Shown here piece after piece: positions 56,998-59,910 of a DNA stretch of 59,910 nt; the first letter of the stretch is position 1, and each line of letters starts with the position of its first letter. The stretch covers positions 1 to 59,910 of the forward strand of contig CAXXVK010000029.1 in NCBI GenBank assembly GCA_963676915.2, read 5' to 3'. Origin of the DNA: Myxococcota bacterium. GTDB taxonomy: Bacteria > Myxococcota_A > SURF-8 > G963663525. The position numbers and the translations under genes are program-made. A model generated the notes under the pieces. The model was not told the origin of the DNA. It worked only from the letters and a program-made list of their open reading frames with translations, and did no database searches.

Positions 56998-58199
56998 CCC
57001 AACCTCTTCGTGAAATAATCCACGGCAAGTTTGCCGTAGCGGTCCATCGAATAGGCTTGCTCCACCATGCGCCGCCCTTTGAGTCCCAACTCTTTCCGAT
57101 TCTCGGCTTCGGCCATCTCCACCATCTTCATGGCGAAGAAATCCCGTTCGACGTCACTCATGTCGGGACCGACCTTGGCCACCGCAACGCCACAACCGCA
57201 TTCGAGCATGTCGGGAACCGCACCCACTGCCGTGGAAACCACCGGCAAACCACTCGCCATCGCTTCCAACAGCACCAGCGGTAAACCCTCGAATTGACTG
57301 GTCAGCAGGAAAACATCCATCATCCGGTAGTAGTTTTCCGTGTCCTTCACGGCTCCGGTGATGCGAACGTCGTTGACCAGATCCATCTGGCGGATGACCT
57401 GTTCCACCGTGCGCCGCTCGGCGCTCCAGTACGCATCGTGAATCGCAACGCCGGGATCGGAACCACCGACCAGCAGCAGTTTCGCTCGCGGCAGGCGGGC
57501 TTTGATTCTTCGAAAACAGTCCACCATCGTGATCAGAGATTTTTCGCCGGAAAAGCGTCCGCAATAGCCGAACACCGGGCCTTCTCCCACCTCCCAGGCG
57601 AGATCTTCCGTCGTGGAATCATGTGGGCGAAATCGTTCGGTATCCACCGCATTGGGCAGCACGCTGACGGCATCGTGCACTATGTCGCCTCGCAAACGCC
57701 GAATCCCCATTGCAGCCTCGTTCGAAATCGTCAACACATGCGCATCATCCGGGAAGACCTCGGGAAGCAGGTCCATCGACCATCGGGAATAGCCATGCAC
57801 GAAATAACCGAGATACGACGGTTTGGAACGTCGAAGCAGAGATTCGGGATCCCGGGAGGCGAATCGGCAGTTGTTGAACAACACACCGTCCGGCTTCTCG
57901 ACCGCGATCCTCGAATACAACGCTTCGGCCTCTCCGTCTTGCAACGCCATGACCTTGACATCCTTGTGCAAACGATCCGCGAACAGACCGTTTTCGGACA
58001 AGGTCAGCAATACGCCGACGCGGACCTTGCCGCTGTTATGGAGCGCGTTCGCCAGATCGACGGTGACCTTTTCAGCGCCACCCAATCCCAGCGACTCTCC
58101 AACAAGCAGAAGATACGGACGCTTTTTGCGACTCGAACGCGACGTACGTGTTTGCTTTTTCGGCGTCTTGGTTTTCGTTTTGCTTTTTCCTCGTGGCAC
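56991..58199 (-). CDS. Glycosyltransferase family 4 (GT-B)
   Basis: GGAEKV, PNAVD..F, GRFSGEK, LLLVGG, DVFLLTSQFEGLPLVLLEAMASGLPVVSTAVG. Confidence 0.93.
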   Translation of the reverse strand: MPRGKSKTKTKTPKKQTRTSRSSRKKRPYLLLVGESLGLGGAEKVTVDLANALHNSGKVRVGVLLTLSENGLFADRLHKDVKVMALQDGEAEALYSRIAVEKPDGVLFNNCRFASRDPESLLRRSKPSYLGYFVHGYSRWSMDLLPEVFPDDAHVLTISNEAAMGIRRLRGDIVHDAVSVLPNAVDTERFRPHDSTTEDLAWEVGEGPVFGYCGRFSGEKSLITMVDCFRRIKARLPRAKLLLVGGSDPGVAIHDAYWSAERRTVEQVIRQMDLVNDVRITGAVKDTENYYRMMDVFLLTSQFEGLPLVLLEAMASGLPVVSTAVGAVPDMLECGCGVAVAKVGPDMSDVERDFFAMKMVEMAEAENRKELGLKGRRMVEQAYSMDRYGKLAVDYFTKRLGC

Positions 58200-58219
58200 G
58201 GTGAACTCTCCTTAAAAAA

Positions 58220-58624
58220 TCAAGCCAGCACCAACGGTTGGAATTTAAGACCCGCCGTTACCGTCACCTTCAGGTGGGTGTCGGTATGCGTCCCCATTTG
58301 GATTTCGTAGGGCTTTCCGCTGCCGCCGCCATAACCGGTATCCGGCACGTAGGTCACGAGCAGACCCACCGCAGAAGGCACATGGTCCAGACCGTGCGCC
58401 AGCGATTGCTCCACACCGGTAGCCACCACCTCATCCAAAACAGCGATGTCACCGGGATTGGCCACGCCGGAGACGTATTCGATCTGTTCGGCCTCGATCG
58501 CGGCATCGACCGCCAGCGTGCGTCGAGCAAAGGTTTGATCTTGGGTGCTCGATCCCGCAGGACCGAACACCGCGTTGTCCACCACGAGAGGCGTGGCCAG
58601 TTGATTTCTGTACGTCAACGCCAT
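58220..58624 (-). CDS. Phage hypothetical structural protein
   Basis: RBS GAGGTG; AHGLDHVPS motif seen in virion appendage domains; directly after the major capsid gene. Confidence 0.55.
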   Translation of the reverse strand: MALTYRNQLATPLVVDNAVFGPAGSSTQDQTFARRTLAVDAAIEAEQIEYVSGVANPGDIAVLDEVVATGVEQSLAHGLDHVPSAVGLLVTYVPDTGYGGGSGKPYEIQMGTHTDTHLKVTVTAGLKFQPLVLA

Positions 58625-58638
58625 CACGGCACCTCCTC

Positions 58639-59499
58639 TCAGGTGATCGAGATCTTCGTCAGCAGATCCGGACGAGTAATGCACTGAGCCGCTTCCATCC
58701 AGACCACCCAACCGGCTTTGAAACGCTTGGGTTCGTTGGTCGGTTCGGCAGCGATCGGTTTCCGGATCGGGAACTTGCCGATTTCCTCATCGGGAAGCAG
58801 CAACACCGTGCCTTGCGGGACCGACGCACTATTGATGATTTCAGCACCGTTGTACCGATTGAAGATGCCCTTTTGATTCAACTCTCGGGCCGTCACCGGA
58901 TCCAGGTCCGCGTCCTGACGAAGCTCCGAGATGTGCTTGCCACGCATCAAGATGTACTTGGTCGACATCTCCATGTCTTCAAGCACGGTCATCGCCTGGT
59001 CCATTCCAGCCGCCGTTAATTTTCCGCCGGCCAGCGTGATCGTGTTCGATTCCGGAACCGCCCCGGAAATCAACGTGACCGTTTTGCCGTCGATTTTCTT
59101 GCGGATCTCGTTCCCCGTCGCCACCTGCATGTCGTTCAAACGTCCGACATTGCCGTTTTGCAGCACGGACACATCGATCATCGGGTTACCCGCGATGCGA
59201 CGGATGGGGAATTCGATCTCTTCCTCGTCCAGTTCCGATTCGGCCACATTGCCGTTAGGGCTGATCCAGTAGACTCGGACCTTCGGCTTCTTCTGGTACT
59301 TGGCCGATTCACCCACCGGGAGTTTCCCCTGGGTCAACAGCAACGAAGTGATCTCTTTTTGTTTGATCGTCTGTTCGATGGGGGGCGCGATCGCCGCCGC
59401 CAATGCCCGCATTCCGTCCGGCGTTTTCAGCGCTTCGCTCATCAAAGAGCCCATCTGCCGCTGAAACTCGAAAGAATCGGCATGGATTTCGTTCGCCAT
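58639..59499 (-). CDS. Major capsid protein (HK97 fold)
   Basis: 286 aa, RBS AAGGAGG; LAAAIAPPI, IEFPIRRI, EIRKKIDG, KYILM, GWVVWMEAAQCITRP; follows a decoration-like gene. Confidence 0.75.
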   Translation of the reverse strand: MANEIHADSFEFQRQMGSLMSEALKTPDGMRALAAAIAPPIEQTIKQKEITSLLLTQGKLPVGESAKYQKKPKVRVYWISPNGNVAESELDEEEIEFPIRRIAGNPMIDVSVLQNGNVGRLNDMQVATGNEIRKKIDGKTVTLISGAVPESNTITLAGGKLTAAGMDQAMTVLEDMEMSTKYILMRGKHISELRQDADLDPVTARELNQKGIFNRYNGAEIINSASVPQGTVLLLPDEEIGKFPIRKPIAAEPTNEPKRFKAGWVVWMEAAQCITRPDLLTKISIT

Positions 59500-59512
59500 G
59501 GTGTTTCCTCCT

Positions 59513-59878
59513 TTACACCAGCAGCTTGAAGCGCAAAATGCCACCATCGACGGACATTGCGCTTGCCACCTGGAAATTGCCTTCCTCCGCTTCTTTGAGC
59601 AGCGACGTTTCCGCATCGCAGGCCAGCTTGTCACCCGCGCTCAAGTCACCGATGAAGGTGTCGGTTTCGTAAATGCCGCCGTTGCAGTAAATCGTGGGAT
59701 TCTCGCCCTCGGCGGTCGCCTTTTTGTTGATCCCGAAAATCGGAACCGTGGAACTCGCCCCGGGCGCGAACGTTCCGTCGTCGGTCACTTTTACGCACTG
59801 CACCGCTCCCAAACCGCCCGTGGCAGCCTGCCCGATGCCGTACGCAACTCCTTCGTGCAGAGGGTTGATCTGCGCCAT
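59513..59878 (-). CDS. Capsid decoration/cement-like protein
   Basis: 121 aa, Gly/Ala-rich, GGIYETD..AGDKL; directly upstream of the major capsid gene. Confidence 0.6.
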   Translation of the reverse strand: MAQINPLHEGVAYGIGQAATGGLGAVQCVKVTDDGTFAPGASSTVPIFGINKKATAEGENPTIYCNGGIYETDTFIGDLSAGDKLACDAETSLLKEAEEGNFQVASAMSVDGGILRFKLLV

Positions 59879-59910
59879 CCTCTTCCTCCTTTATTTCGCG
59901 TCGCCGTGAC

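Larger units (their letters stand above)
21307..59910 (-). mobile_element. Prophage (contractile tail, myovirus-like) integrated at tRNA-Ala, extending beyond the window; cargo includes type III-B CRISPR-Cas
   Basis: Continuous capsid-neck-sheath-tube-TMP-baseplate-fibre operon at 36295-59878; att-like tRNA fragment at 21307; no other boundary or host housekeeping gene in between. The left boundary is inferred; the integrase is not in the window. Confidence 0.7.

Noticed and set aside
36295-59878. Tailocin, eCIS or T6SS instead of a prophage
   Set aside because: Capsid, decoration, connector and HK97 gp10-like head genes are present.

Overview
The window has three zones. (1) 1-10.4 kb is ordinary host DNA of a Gram-negative bacterium; gene content suggests a delta-proteobacterial/Myxococcota-like host (inference). 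It holds a FadL-type outer-membrane transporter, a lipase-N-like lipoprotein, an unusual SulP-STAS-receiver fusion with a CxxCH insert, and a divergent two-component cluster. (2) 10.5-21.2 kb is a mosaic accessory region: FGE-sulfatase and other lipoproteins, a radical SAM protein, a DEDDh exonuclease, Fic and cmr1 pseudogenes, a Cys/acidic-repeat surface protein and chimeric remnants. (3) From a displaced 3' half of tRNA-Ala(GGC) at 21307-21352 (an att-like site with arm-type repeats) to the window end lies what looks like one integrated contractile-tailed prophage. Its capsid-to-tail-fibre operon (36.3-59.9 kb, minus strand) is followed, before the att site, by a complete type III-B CRISPR-Cas locus: cmr1-6, a standalone CARF protein, an unrecognised 4-TM membrane protein, a Cas6-RT-Cas1 fusion, cas2, and two arrays with near-identical leaders. 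The best candidate for a new system is this apparently prophage-borne, RT-adaptation type III-B locus whose only plausible effector is an unknown membrane protein. All family calls come from motif recognition by eye; no database searches were run.
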